DNA of 64,000 bases. It comes from Saccostrea echinata. Lineage: Eukaryota. Below are positions 13,568 through 24,144 of the stretch, piece after piece. Below the pieces are notes generated by a model. It did not search any database. It was not told the DNA's origin and saw only the letters and a program-made list of their open reading frames with translations. The DNA lies in contig NW_026889781.1 in the NCBI RefSeq assembly GCF_033153115.1, forward strand, positions 7,688,001-7,752,000, in the 5' to 3' direction. Positions within the stretch are counted from its first letter, which is position 1. Each line of letters begins with the position of its first letter. The translations under genes and the position numbers were made by a program.

Positions 13568-14775
13568 CTTTTGGTAAACCGATCCGTTGTATTTTCATAG
13601 TATTTAAATTTAAGTTCGTGTGGTTACTATATAGATACAGTTTCAAAGTACAGTGTCATGAGCTCATAAATATGAAATGTGAATGCCAATATCAAAACCT
13701 TGCCACACAAAATCATCGCTGGTAGTTTTCATGATATTTTTTGTCAAACAGTGCACATGCTTATTAACATATATTTACCTCTTAAATGTCAAAAATGTGC
13801 TGTATATCAATAAATGACGTACTTTATAAAGTAGGTCAAAGGTCAAGTTAAAAGGTCAAGGGGTCGGTAACCATGGTATTTTACTGACTGAAATTTCGTT
13901 ATTTGGACAGTTTTCAATAGAACAATAAACACATTGAATTTTAACAAATCCATAGATGAAACAACTTCACTTATTACATAATATTAAGGCAATGAAAAAA
14001 ACTAACAAGTTGTTAACTAAACTATTATAATCAATGTAAAAAAAAACAATAAAGTTATTGATATACTGTAATTATTTCATTGTAGCTAAACTCATTTTAA
14101 ATGTTTAATTTAAAAAAAAATAATTATAAAAACAAAACAAAAGAAACAAACATCAACGAAAGCAACAAAGGTTTATTACATGAAATGAACGGTTTTAACT
14201 GTTATTCAATAACATGATGGTTCATGCGTTTATGTATTTTGGAAATAAATTTCATTGAATCTAACTCATCAAAGCAATAAATTTATGTTGCCTTTTTGTC
14301 TTTGAAATCGACTTTAAAAACCTCTCTACTTATTTTTTATGTCTTGTATTTCATTTTTCTTTTTGGGGATGGATGTGTGGTGGTGTTTGTTGAGATTGGT
14401 TTGTTTTATTATTCACTTTTAATTATTTTTTGGCATGGATAAACATCGTCTGCGAAATGCTTAACCACTAAAAGAAACGATAGACACGTAACTTGATAAT
14501 ACATGTTATCAAGAAAATGAGCAAATACACATTGGCAATTTATATGCTAATGGGTATGATAATTTTTTCTTAATCGATTTCAATATATCTATTACTTTTT
14601 TTCAGCGATAATAGATTCAGTAGATACGATGAGCTTATTTAAATCGAATGGTTGATTTTGGGATCACCTACGCACTAAATAAAATCTCATGACTATTATG
14701 CCAAACCATAATTTAATATACATATATACACAGAATAATCTCAACATTGTGAATACAGGATTTTGTGGTAATTTT

Positions 14776-15085
14776 GATTAATGATTTGAATGATTGTATG
14801 TTATTTAACCTCTCATTCGAGAATTTTTCACTCATACAGAGACGTCACCATATACCGGTGAAGGGCTTCAAATTAAGACTTATACTCGGCACTCGGGGCA
14901 ATGGAACAGGACGGGTTTTTATCGTGCCAACGCCTACTGTGGAACGGGACCTCGGTTTTTAAGATCTCATCCAAAACACCCTTGACCTACACTTCTAATG
15001 CCTGGCGCTTGGCGGGGAAACAGTCACTGTCTGTATCTACATCCTAGGTTTGACTCGGCGCGTTGAACTAGAACCCTAGCCTCCC
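14776..15085 (-). mobile_element. tRNA-derived SINE
   Basis: Reverse complement of the 13225 SINE body (GAATTTTTCACTCATACAGAGACGTCACCATATACCGGTGAAG...), (TGAT)n tail on the left. Confidence 0.75.
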
Positions 15086-15666
15086 ATTTATTGCAGTCAT
15101 ATAAATACTTGTGATTCAAATGAATAAAAGAAATCAACATGTAACTTGCACTTTATTTCCATTATAGCAAAGTATTCCACTCAATTTAGCTCTATGCATG
15201 GAGAGAGAGATAGAGAATGAAGCAATTATATACCCACCTTCTCAATCCCTTTTTTCGATCAGGATATTCCTGCTTAGAATGACTACCGAACCCAGGGATA
15301 GGAGCATTAACATTACATGTAATTAGAGACGTAAACATATAATTTTGAGTTTTGAGGAATTGCAAAATGCCATAAGTTTTCCATCTTATATTCCTTTACA
15401 AGCATGTTACTAATAACCTATCAGCATATTCACAAAAACAAAATTATCCAAAATTCTTTATAAAAAAATACCCCCTACCAAAAGAAATAAAAACCCACTA
15501 AGGGTATCTTAATTTTGAAATGAATAAAATTGATAGTACAACAGCTATAGATATATCCTTACCATCAGAAAAAGCAAAGTATGTTTAAGTTCTTCGTCAT
15601 TTTAAACAGCCAGCATGATGTCATTTTCGATCTGTTTTAACAATGGTTACATCACAGCAATGACAT

Positions 15667-17021
15667 ATGATGCTGGACCGAATATTAGTCCTTCTGTCGC
15701 TTTGTAACGCTTGCAATATAACAGAAATGACCGAAAGACCTGAGCTTCTTTCTGATATATCTGACATTATTCCTCTGAAAAAGATGTCCTCCATTCTCAG
15801 TAACGATTTGCAAGATAGGGAGAATAAAGTACGTATATTTCTTCCCAGAAGAAAAGTGCCGGCCAATTCCAATCAAAATTTCAACAACTTATTTTCAAAG
15901 CTTTAGCTTATTAAAGAAGATGATGATTTCATTTCACAAGTTAATAAATCTGTCAAAGGAACAATGAAAGTCTCAGCGTCAAGTGATGAATTCCATGATT
16001 CACAATATCAAATTGATGCTTTTCAAAACAGAAATTTTTGGCTTGAAATGGCGTGTTCGTCTGACGTTGATATCTGGCAAAGTGGAATTATCTTAGGAAA
16101 ACCTGAAGGGACAAATATTAGTAACACAACACAAGATATGGCATTTACAGGTGGGACACGTGATACAAACCTGTCATCTTCCATCAAAGGTGACTTTATT
16201 CAAGGGATTAGAAGAGTCAAAGATATACATTTTAATTTCATTACTATTTTGTCTCTAACTACGTTGTCTGTTGGTGTCATCAGCAACATATTAACTGTAG
16301 CAATTATTATATCGAAACAATCATTACGAAAACCATTTATTATGCCATATTAATACTATGTGCAACTGACGTCTTTTATTCGATTCACAACTTGATAGCC
16401 TTTTCATTGTTCTTCATTGAAAATCTCTGTCAATTTTTCAAGTATCTGAAAATGCAGTAGGATATGGAGTGATATTACTGTCAAAAATGTGCGTTCTTTT
16501 CCTGGGGTTTATTCGATATGCAATGTTTGTTTATCCTATCAGAAGCCGTTTGTACATAACTACAAACTTAATCATCATCTTAGCTATTGTGTCCGTCTTA
16601 CTAAGCACCGCGTACGGATATACCATTGTATATTTTTTATGGTCCTTGAACATGTCTCGCCAGTTTATCCTTTTCATTTGTGATGACATTTTTTATTCTA
16701 GTTGTTTCTCTAATTCTACATAGTGTACTATTTTTCAAAAGGTTGTGTACTGCAAAATCATCAATAGCCACTGGTAATTTGAAAATCAAAATGACCATAA
16801 TTGTAACAATTCTTTTAACGTTGAATTGTATGAGCTCCATTTTAAATATCACATACATGTACAATTTAAATGTTTACATGCTTCAGAAGTACTCCTTTAG
16901 ATTCCCAGAACTACTTTCTCTGACAGAAACACATTTGCTGTTTTTTGTTAGCAACTTTATGAAAATAACTGTTCATTCTGTTAACCTTTTTCTCTACTTT
17001 TTTCTACCTCTCCTCCGATGA
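15667..17021 (+). pseudogene. Disrupted intronless 7TM receptor (class A GPCR-like) with signal peptide and long N-terminus
   Basis: Signal-like MMLDRILVLLSLCNAC; in-frame TAG at 15904-06; TM1 LSVGVISNILTVAIII followed by LRKPF; DRY-like FIRYAMFVYP; NPxxY-like HSVNLFLYFF; frameshifts near 16340, 16440 and 16680. Confidence 0.65.
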
Positions 17022-17163
17022 AAAGATTAATGATATTCTGTTTTACATGCCAAAAAAAAGTTGACGATCCGGGGGGGATGGCTTAAGTTTACCTGATACT
17101 TTCCAGAAATTAACAGTTTGTGTGCTAGAAATTAAAATTTCCTCCACAAAAGTCTGAAAATAC

Positions 17164-17706
17164 TGTAATGGTTATTGGAAACTGAAAACGCAAAGAAGAC
17201 CCAGATGTAAGGTTAGAATGGAATAACCTGTCCTCCCTTAAGCTTAAAGTAGACTAGTCCAAAGGGTATAAATAAGACTGCATTGAGAGATTCAGAGTCT
17301 TGTGGGGAATGCAGAGCTGCAGTTAAGTAGAAGCAGGAGAAATATTTGGGTAAGAATAACGGATAAGAGAAAGGGAAAATAAAAGAAATAGATTTGCACC
17401 AGTGATAAGAATCTCGGGGAATTGAGGCGAGATACTGGGGGCTGTAGATCTGTATAAGAACGAAACTCCTAGTATCCGCTATCAATAGGAACCTGGGGCA
17501 AGGTACACGGTGCTAAGTCTAACAGTTACCAAGTCATAAGAATTCATCCCACATTATATATTCTTTGATTAAATATAATAGAAAAACCCAGATAGGTTTA
17601 AGAAAAATTATTATACTGTACATAGTCAAATTATTAGATCATAAACTCAGGTAGAGTAAGAGAAAAATTCATCCCCTGAGAACCCAACGCAGGGGTACAC
17701 GTTACA
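17164..17706 (+). repeat. 5' LTR
   Basis: Direct repeat of 24145-24687 with 3 transitions seen; TATAAATA at 17267-74. Confidence 0.97.
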
Positions 17707-17709
17707 TTT

Positions 17710-17724
17710 TGGTGGCAGCCGGTA
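17710..17724 (+). promoter_or_regulatory. Primer-binding site, probably tRNA-Leu
   Basis: TGGTGGCAGC(C)GGT 3 nt after the LTR; complementary to the 3' end ...ACCGCTGCCACCA of eukaryotic tRNA-Leu(AAG/TAG) type. Confidence 0.7.
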
Positions 17725-17744
17725 AGGGGATAGAAGTTAATAAG

Positions 17745-17965
17745 ACAAAATTACTAGGTACGAGGTCCAGTTTACCAAGTGCTATTTACGAGGTTCAGTG
17801 GTACCAGGTACGCAGAGCCAGGTACGGTGTTACCAAGGACATTTTACCAAGTACAGTTTACCAGGTCCAGTATAACCAGGTACAGAGAGCCAAGCGCGCT
17901 GTTAACAAGTACTGCTTACCAGGTCCAGTGTTACTAGGGCAGAGCGCCAAGTAGTGTGACAAGGT
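17745..17965 (+). repeat. Degenerate ~14-15-bp tandem repeat array in the retrotransposon 5' leader
   Basis: Recurrent CAGT(T/G)TTACCA(G/A)GT(A/C)-like units, e.g. TTTACCAAGT, TTACCAGGTCCAG, TAACCAGGTACAG. Confidence 0.65.
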
Positions 17966-18041
17966 TTTTATATACTGGGTTCAGTGTACTTTTCATTAAT
18001 AATAGAAGGAGGAATCCGTAGGTCCATTAGAGAAAAGTAAG

Positions 18042-18560
18042 ATGTCTGATAAAGAAGCGGATCTTTTGGCCGACCTAAGTGCTATACACGCCATGCGAGA
18101 GAAACTAAGGGAATCTCTAGACAGAATGAAGTCTACACCAAAGACATCTACAAATCCAGCAAGGATACCGGATTCGGGAGTAGATATTAGATACAGGCCA
18201 TTTGAATCTAGTTTAGATGAATTAACATCTAAATACACGAACACTTTGGACAGGGAAAAAGGTGCAACAGGTGGCAAAGAGGACTATAGGTACTTGATGT
18301 CCCCTAAGCCAAGTTATACGTTGTATGAGGAAGAAGAAAATGAAGGTAGAGGAACATTTACTTCTGGGGGACCAAACAAGTATGAAGTATCAGGACAAGT
18401 TAAGCAAACAACTCTCCCTAAATTGATTCCAACAACAGGATTGCCTTGGAATACTAGGGGATATGCTGCTCCGTCAACAACGACAAATGTGACTTGGTCA
18501 GACAGCCGAAATGCGGGTACTGGCTCATTTTCTGTTAAACAGCCAAAACCCAGTATATAG
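18042..18560 (+). CDS. gag: N-terminal part of Gag (in frame with the downstream Gag-Pol, separated by TAG)
   Basis: 172-aa ORF; the frame continues without a shift across TAG 18558-60 into 18591. Confidence 0.7.
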   Translation: MSDKEADLLADLSAIHAMREKLRESLDRMKSTPKTSTNPARIPDSGVDIRYRPFESSLDELTSKYTNTLDREKGATGGKEDYRYLMSPKPSYTLYEEEENEGRGTFTSGGPNKYEVSGQVKQTTLPKLIPTTGLPWNTRGYAAPSTTTNVTWSDSRNAGTGSFSVKQPKPSI

Positions 18561-18590
18561 AGTGCAACAAATAAAAGCACGGAATATACT

Positions 18591-21458
18591 GTGGGTAAAA
18601 CAGTGATGAAACCAGCGACATATGATGGAGTAGGATCTTGGATTGACTACAAGGCACACTTTGAGGCCTGTTGTGATATCAATATGTGGAGCGCTCGACA
18701 GAAAAGTTTGTACTTGGCAGCTTCGTTAAGAGGACAGGCTCAAACTGTGCTAGGAAATATGAGCCCAGGTACAGCCTGTACATATGAGGATTTATGCGAT
18801 GCCTTAGAGGCCAGGTTCGCACCGGCAAACCAAACTGAGTTATATAGAGCAATGCTGAAGGAGAAAAGACAGACACCCACAGAAACTTTGCCAGAGTTAG
18901 GTGAAAGTATTCGCCGATTAACTCACTTAGCCTACCCAACTGCTCCCCGTGAAGTAACAGAAATGATTGCCAAAGACCAGTTTGTCGATGCACTAACAGA
19001 CTTTGACATGAGACTCCGTATTCAACAATCTCGACCAAAGTCACTTAATGATGCGGTGCGACTAGCAGTCGAAATTGAAGCATATTGCAGAGCAGAAAGG
19101 CAACGAAGACATGACGTTGGGTTTGCCAGGAATGCCACAAGGGATCAAGAAAATAAAAATGTGAATCATGATGATGGCAGTGTAAGAGAAGAATTTAAGA
19201 AGCTTAGGGATGAGTTACACATATCTTTAAGAAAATTAGAAAACAAAATCGGAAACCTTTCAAAAGAGGAAATCAATAAACAATCCGAAAATACTGAACC
19301 ACAATCACCTGCTTTTCCGTACAAATGCCATCATTGTGGGAAACGTGGACATAAAATCAAAGATTGCTTTTTGAGAAACAAATCTAACCCAGTCCCGGTA
19401 CCAGTGCCAGGAAGCAGACCCAGGGCGAAGAACAATGCAAATGTGGAAAGGTCACCACAGGGGAAAAGAGATACAATCAAGTCTAGTACAGCTACGGTTA
19501 AACATGCGAAAACAGGTCTAGAATCAGGTCTTTTCATAAAAGCTCATGTAAACCTCGTACCTTGTAATCTACTGGTTGATACTGGGGCAACACTTACTAT
19601 TTTTGCTGAAAGAATGTATGATGAAATGGTAAAGTCAGTTAATATTCCCCTGGAAACGGTATCACAGAACATAGTAGCGGCTGATGGAACTCCATTAAAA
19701 GTAAAGGGACGAGGTAACTTTTTAATTAAGTTAGGAGACCACGAGTTTGACTGCCAAGCTGTCGTGGCAAACATTAAAGCAGATGGAATTCTAGGTTTGG
19801 ATTTCCTTCGATCAAGTCAATGTTTAGTGGATATAGCTCGTACTAAAATGTTTGCATCTGGCGTTGAACATGATCTGCATTTACAGGGGCAAATAAGTTG
19901 TTTTCGTGTTAGTCTGGAGGAAAATATAACAATTCCTCCTAGAAGTGAGATGATTTGTTCTGGACAGTTGTTATCATCTCCAGGAATAAAAGTACAAGGA
20001 CCTCTACTTATAGAGCCTATCAAAAAGTTTGATACCGGCGGTAAAGCGCTAATAGCTAGAACCTTGGTTGATCCAGCTAAAAATGTCACAGTGCGTTTAA
20101 TGAATATATCAGAACAGATTCAAACAATTTACAAAAATACAGTTGTCGGGGTGACTTCGCCAGTGGACGTAGTTAAATCTGAGGATGAAAATATTGTTAG
20201 CACAGTAACGCTAAGTGAAAAGATAGAAAACATACCAGATCATTTAAATGAGTTGTACACAGAAACAACTAAGGGCCTCACAGCAGAAAAGGCATCCAAA
20301 ATTAAAACATCTTTAATAAAGTTTCAGCACCTATTCTCTAAGGCCAAAGATGATTTTGGTAGAACCTCGTTAACAAAGCATAAGATCAATACAGAAGGTG
20401 CCAGACCAACCAAGCAGCCTCCTAGGAGATTGCCACATCATGCGGCAGAATTTGTTGACAAGGAAGTAGAAAATATGATCAGAAAAGGCATTGTCGAACC
20501 TTCTTCCAGTCCTTGGGCTGCCGGGGTGGTTCTGGTGGAAAAGAAAGATGGTACCAAGAGATTCTGTGTAGACTATAGATCTCTCAATAGTAAGACTGTG
20601 AAAGATGCCTATCCTTTGCCACGAATCGATGACTCGCTTGATCGTCTACAAGGAGCTATCTGGTTTTGCACCTTAGACCTTCATTCGGGGTATTGGCAAG
20701 TGGAGATGGATGAGGCTGATAAACCTAAGACAGCTTTTGTCACAAGAAATGGCCTATTTCAATTTTCAGTAATGCCCTTTGGACTTTGTAACAGTCCAGC
20801 AACTTTTGAGAGACTCATGGAGACGGTTCTTGCTGGGTTAAATTTTAAGATATGTTTAGTGTATATAGACGATATTATTGTCTTTGGAAGCACTTTTGAT
20901 GAGACACTTCAAAATCTGGAGCAAGTGTTCGAGAAATTACACCAGGCAGGGCTAAAGTTGAAACCTTCTAAATGTACCTTGTTTGAGAAAGAGGTTTTGT
21001 ATTTGGGATATCGTGTTTCAGGACATGGCGTTCATACCGACCCTCAGAAAAAAGACTGGTCTGTTCCCATAGATGCAAGCGAAGTGCGTTCGTTTGAGGG
21101 TCTTTGCAGTTATTACAGGAGATTTATTGCAGGTTTCTCCTCACTAGCTAAACCATTATTTAGGTTAACTGAGAAAGGCCGAGTTTTCAATTGGACATTG
21201 GAGTGTCAGGAGGCTTTCGAAAAGCTTAAGCACCATTTAGTCACTGCTCCCATTCTTGCACATCCTGACTTCTCATTGCCTTTTATTTTAGACACAGACG
21301 CAAGTCAAGTGGGTCTCGGTGTAGTCCTTTCTCAGGAAATAGATAGTGAAGTTAGAGTAATATCTTATGCAAGTAGGACTCTATCAAAAAGTGAGCGGAA
21401 ATACTGTATAACTAGAAAGGAGCTGTTGGCGGTAGTATTTGCCTGTAAACACTTTTGA
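18591..21458 (+). CDS. gag-pol: Gag core-CCHC knuckle-protease-reverse transcriptase-RNase H (premature TGA)
   Basis: KPATYDG..WIDYKAHF Gag core, CHHCGKRGHKIKDC, LLVDTGA, RFCVDYR, MPFGL, YIDD, LDTDAS; ends KHF*HYLYG where CGA>TGA is expected. Confidence 0.93.
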   Translation: MGKTVMKPATYDGVGSWIDYKAHFEACCDINMWSARQKSLYLAASLRGQAQTVLGNMSPGTACTYEDLCDALEARFAPANQTELYRAMLKEKRQTPTETLPELGESIRRLTHLAYPTAPREVTEMIAKDQFVDALTDFDMRLRIQQSRPKSLNDAVRLAVEIEAYCRAERQRRHDVGFARNATRDQENKNVNHDDGSVREEFKKLRDELHISLRKLENKIGNLSKEEINKQSENTEPQSPAFPYKCHHCGKRGHKIKDCFLRNKSNPVPVPVPGSRPRAKNNANVERSPQGKRDTIKSSTATVKHAKTGLESGLFIKAHVNLVPCNLLVDTGATLTIFAERMYDEMVKSVNIPLETVSQNIVAADGTPLKVKGRGNFLIKLGDHEFDCQAVVANIKADGILGLDFLRSSQCLVDIARTKMFASGVEHDLHLQGQISCFRVSLEENITIPPRSEMICSGQLLSSPGIKVQGPLLIEPIKKFDTGGKALIARTLVDPAKNVTVRLMNISEQIQTIYKNTVVGVTSPVDVVKSEDENIVSTVTLSEKIENIPDHLNELYTETTKGLTAEKASKIKTSLIKFQHLFSKAKDDFGRTSLTKHKINTEGARPTKQPPRRLPHHAAEFVDKEVENMIRKGIVEPSSSPWAAGVVLVEKKDGTKRFCVDYRSLNSKTVKDAYPLPRIDDSLDRLQGAIWFCTLDLHSGYWQVEMDEADKPKTAFVTRNGLFQFSVMPFGLCNSPATFERLMETVLAGLNFKICLVYIDDIIVFGSTFDETLQNLEQVFEKLHQAGLKLKPSKCTLFEKEVLYLGYRVSGHGVHTDPQKKDWSVPIDASEVRSFEGLCSYYRRFIAGFSSLAKPLFRLTEKGRVFNWTLECQEAFEKLKHHLVTAPILAHPDFSLPFILDTDASQVGLGVVLSQEIDSEVRVISYASRTLSKSERKYCITRKELLAVVFACKHF

Positions 21459-21464
21459 CATTAC

Positions 21465-23222
21465 TTGTATGGCCATAAGACAATTGTGTACACTGACCAT
21501 AGTGCTTTGAAATGGCTCATGAATTTTAAAGACCCCCAAGGACAGGTGGCCAGATGGATCGAATTTCTGGGTACTTATGATCTAGAAATACGACACAGAC
21601 CGGGTCCAAAGCATGGGAATGCAGACAGTCTCAGTCGATACCCCTGTCGTCAATGTGGATATAAGGGAAAAGATCAGGATGATGATCCTAAAACAGAAAC
21701 CGTACAGGCAGTTGAGAAAACATTGGCTGGAGACGGACTGACGATTGAAGAACTCCAAAAGCAAGATTCAGACATAGCAAAAATAAAGAGCTGGGTGTCA
21801 TCTCAGAAGCGGCCAGAGTTTGCAGAAATAAAGGCTGAAAGTAATGTTGTAAAGTCGCTATGGTCACAATGGAATACTTTAGAGATCAATAATGACGTAC
21901 TGCGTAGAAAATGGATAGGTGATAGAAAAGAGTTTCACCAAATTTTGGTCCCCTTGTCTGAAAGAAAGGAGATTTTAAGACAGTGTCATGATGCTCGAAC
22001 TGCGGGTCATCTTGGGGTAACAAAGACCTTGGCCAAAATACGAGAAAAAATCTATTGGGTTGGATTGCAGAATGATGTCCGTAGCTATGTGACTGGGTGT
22101 CCACAATGCAGAAAACGAAAATCTCGTTCTGCTGGAAAATCATACATGCAGTTAGATCAAATTGGGTTTCCCTTAGAACGAGTAGCCACAGATATTATGG
22201 GGCCACTACCCGAAACAGAGAAAGGTCACAAGTATATTCTAGTCATATCTGACTACTTTACTAAGTGGACAGAGGCCTTTCCTCTGAAAAACATAGAAGC
22301 ACGGACAGTTGCTGAAGTCATAGTAGAACAGTTTGTTACCAAGCTTGGTATCCCAGAAATAATACACAGTGACCAGGGCAGACAGTACGAAAGCAAGCTG
22401 TTCAAAGACATGTGTGAAATGTTGGGAATAAGAAAAACTCGAACTACTGCTTTCCATCCAAAGTCAGATGGAATGGTGGAAAGATTTAATAAAACTTTAG
22501 CAACAATGCTGAGTGCCTATGTGTCTGACCACCAACAAGATTGGGATAGAAACCTTCCGTATGTGCTTATGGCCTACCGTTCCTCTGTGCATGAAAGCAC
22601 AGGCTATACTCCGAATATGCTTATGTTTGGACGCGAGGTAGCTACCCCGCTAGATATCATGTATGAATTACCGAATAGTATGAAGCCAAGCAAAGTACAT
22701 GATTATGTATGGAAACTTCGGGAAACACTGGAAGAGGCATATAAGTATACCCGTCAGATTAGCCAGCAGTCTATGCTTAGACAGAAGAAGTATCACGATC
22801 AAAATATTATCAGTAAGAGTTTTGAGGTTGATGATAAAGTGCTAGTGTTTTTCCCACAAAGAAATGTAGGGAAGTCTCCCAAATTGATGAGTTTTTGGTA
22901 TGGCCCTTATATTATCGTTGAAAAGCACACTGATGTTACATTCAAAATTAGAAAAGAAAACGATACCAAGACTCTCATTGTACATATTGACAGGTTAAGA
23001 CATTATGGGACTCAGGTCCTGGGTAATGAAATACCGCAGTCTGAAGATGATCACCAAGTAGTGCAAGATGAAAGTCAGACTGATGAACTTCAGAATGATG
23101 AACCTGAACTAGATATGCTTGGTAATTCAGAACTGAATGAATTAGAATTGTCAAACGCCAATCGTAGACAACGCACTAGGCCTAAATGGCACACTGATTA
23201 TGAGTTTGATTATACAATTTAA
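21465..23222 (+). CDS. pol: RNase H C-terminus and integrase (same frame as Gag-Pol)
   Basis: TDHSAL, NADSLSR, HHCC (CHDARTAGHLG..CPQC), DDE (DIMGP, HSDQG, GMVERFN), GPY/F module WYGPY. Confidence 0.93.
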   Translation: MYGHKTIVYTDHSALKWLMNFKDPQGQVARWIEFLGTYDLEIRHRPGPKHGNADSLSRYPCRQCGYKGKDQDDDPKTETVQAVEKTLAGDGLTIEELQKQDSDIAKIKSWVSSQKRPEFAEIKAESNVVKSLWSQWNTLEINNDVLRRKWIGDRKEFHQILVPLSERKEILRQCHDARTAGHLGVTKTLAKIREKIYWVGLQNDVRSYVTGCPQCRKRKSRSAGKSYMQLDQIGFPLERVATDIMGPLPETEKGHKYILVISDYFTKWTEAFPLKNIEARTVAEVIVEQFVTKLGIPEIIHSDQGRQYESKLFKDMCEMLGIRKTRTTAFHPKSDGMVERFNKTLATMLSAYVSDHQQDWDRNLPYVLMAYRSSVHESTGYTPNMLMFGREVATPLDIMYELPNSMKPSKVHDYVWKLRETLEEAYKYTRQISQQSMLRQKKYHDQNIISKSFEVDDKVLVFFPQRNVGKSPKLMSFWYGPYIIVEKHTDVTFKIRKENDTKTLIVHIDRLRHYGTQVLGNEIPQSEDDHQVVQDESQTDELQNDEPELDMLGNSELNELELSNANRRQRTRPKWHTDYEFDYTI

Positions 23223-23291
23223 CTTTCAGTACAGTGTTTTAAGAATTATCATTCATTTTCAGATTTAAAAAAAAGGGAAGAAAGAAAAGAG

Positions 23292-23970
23292 ATGCCATTG
23301 ACCAAAGTGACTCCCAGGAAGCCTGGGTTTCTATGCTCTATTTGCTTGCTTCGCCTTCCTTCTGAAGAGGAATGGAGAGATCACTTGCTAGCATGTGGAA
23401 TGGCTGATAATAATTGACGAAAATATGAATGCGAATTATGTGATCAAGCTTTTAGTAAGAAAATTATCTTAACCAGGCATGTGAAACGCGTGCATAAGGA
23501 ACAAGAGATTTCAGAATTACAAGGAAAGAGGCAGATTCAAGATTCGTCAGTGGAATCACTTATAGAAGAGGATTGGCTAGAAGATCCAGGAGAACTAATT
23601 TTTGAAGAAGCCGATATTGAGTTAGGTAGAACTCAGAGAAAAAGAACTGCCCCACGTTTGCCAGGTATAAAAAGAAAAACAGCAGACAGAGTGAACCAAG
23701 TAGTTGAGGAAGAAATAATAAAAGACAAGGATGCGAAGAATGAAGGCGAAGCAACTAGGAGTAGACCAGACCAGGAGGCACCTGTGGAGAATCTGCATTG
23801 TTCCTGTTGCAAGAAACAAGTTGAGACAGTGGAAGTAGCTAAAACAGGCCAACATTCATGTTGAAGAAGTTAACCAGAGAAGACATAAGAAGATCATACG
23901 AGTGATCAGAAAATATCAAGAAAATGGAGAAACCATTGAAAAATTTGAAGAGGACATTTGGTCTGATTAG
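23292..23970 (+). pseudogene. Third ORF of the Gypsy element: double zinc-finger (C2HC + C2H2) protein, ~225 aa reconstructed
   Basis: MPLTKVTPRKPGFLCSICLLRLPSEEEWRDHLLAC...NN*RKYECELCDQAFSKKIILTRHVKRVH...; TGA at 23415-17; one extra A near 23842 shifts the end to ...EKFEEDIWSD* (23970). Confidence 0.8.
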
Positions 23971-24130
23971 ACTTCCTCATGTACGTCAAATCAAACTGAC
24001 TGTGTGTTTGTGTTTCTTTCATTTTTGTAACCAGGTGTTATTTTTACCTTTGATAAATAAATAAATTAAAAAAAAATAATAATAAAACATATAAATATCT
24101 AAAAAGAAAACATGCGGGACGCATGAAATC

Positions 24131-24144
24131 AGAGGGGTGGGTGA
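24131..24144 (+). promoter_or_regulatory. Polypurine tract
   Basis: AGAGGGGTGGGTGA directly abutting the 3' LTR. Confidence 0.8.

Noticed and set aside
23481-23864. ORF3 as an envelope gene
   Set aside because: No signal peptide, furin site or TM segment; hydrophilic with zinc fingers
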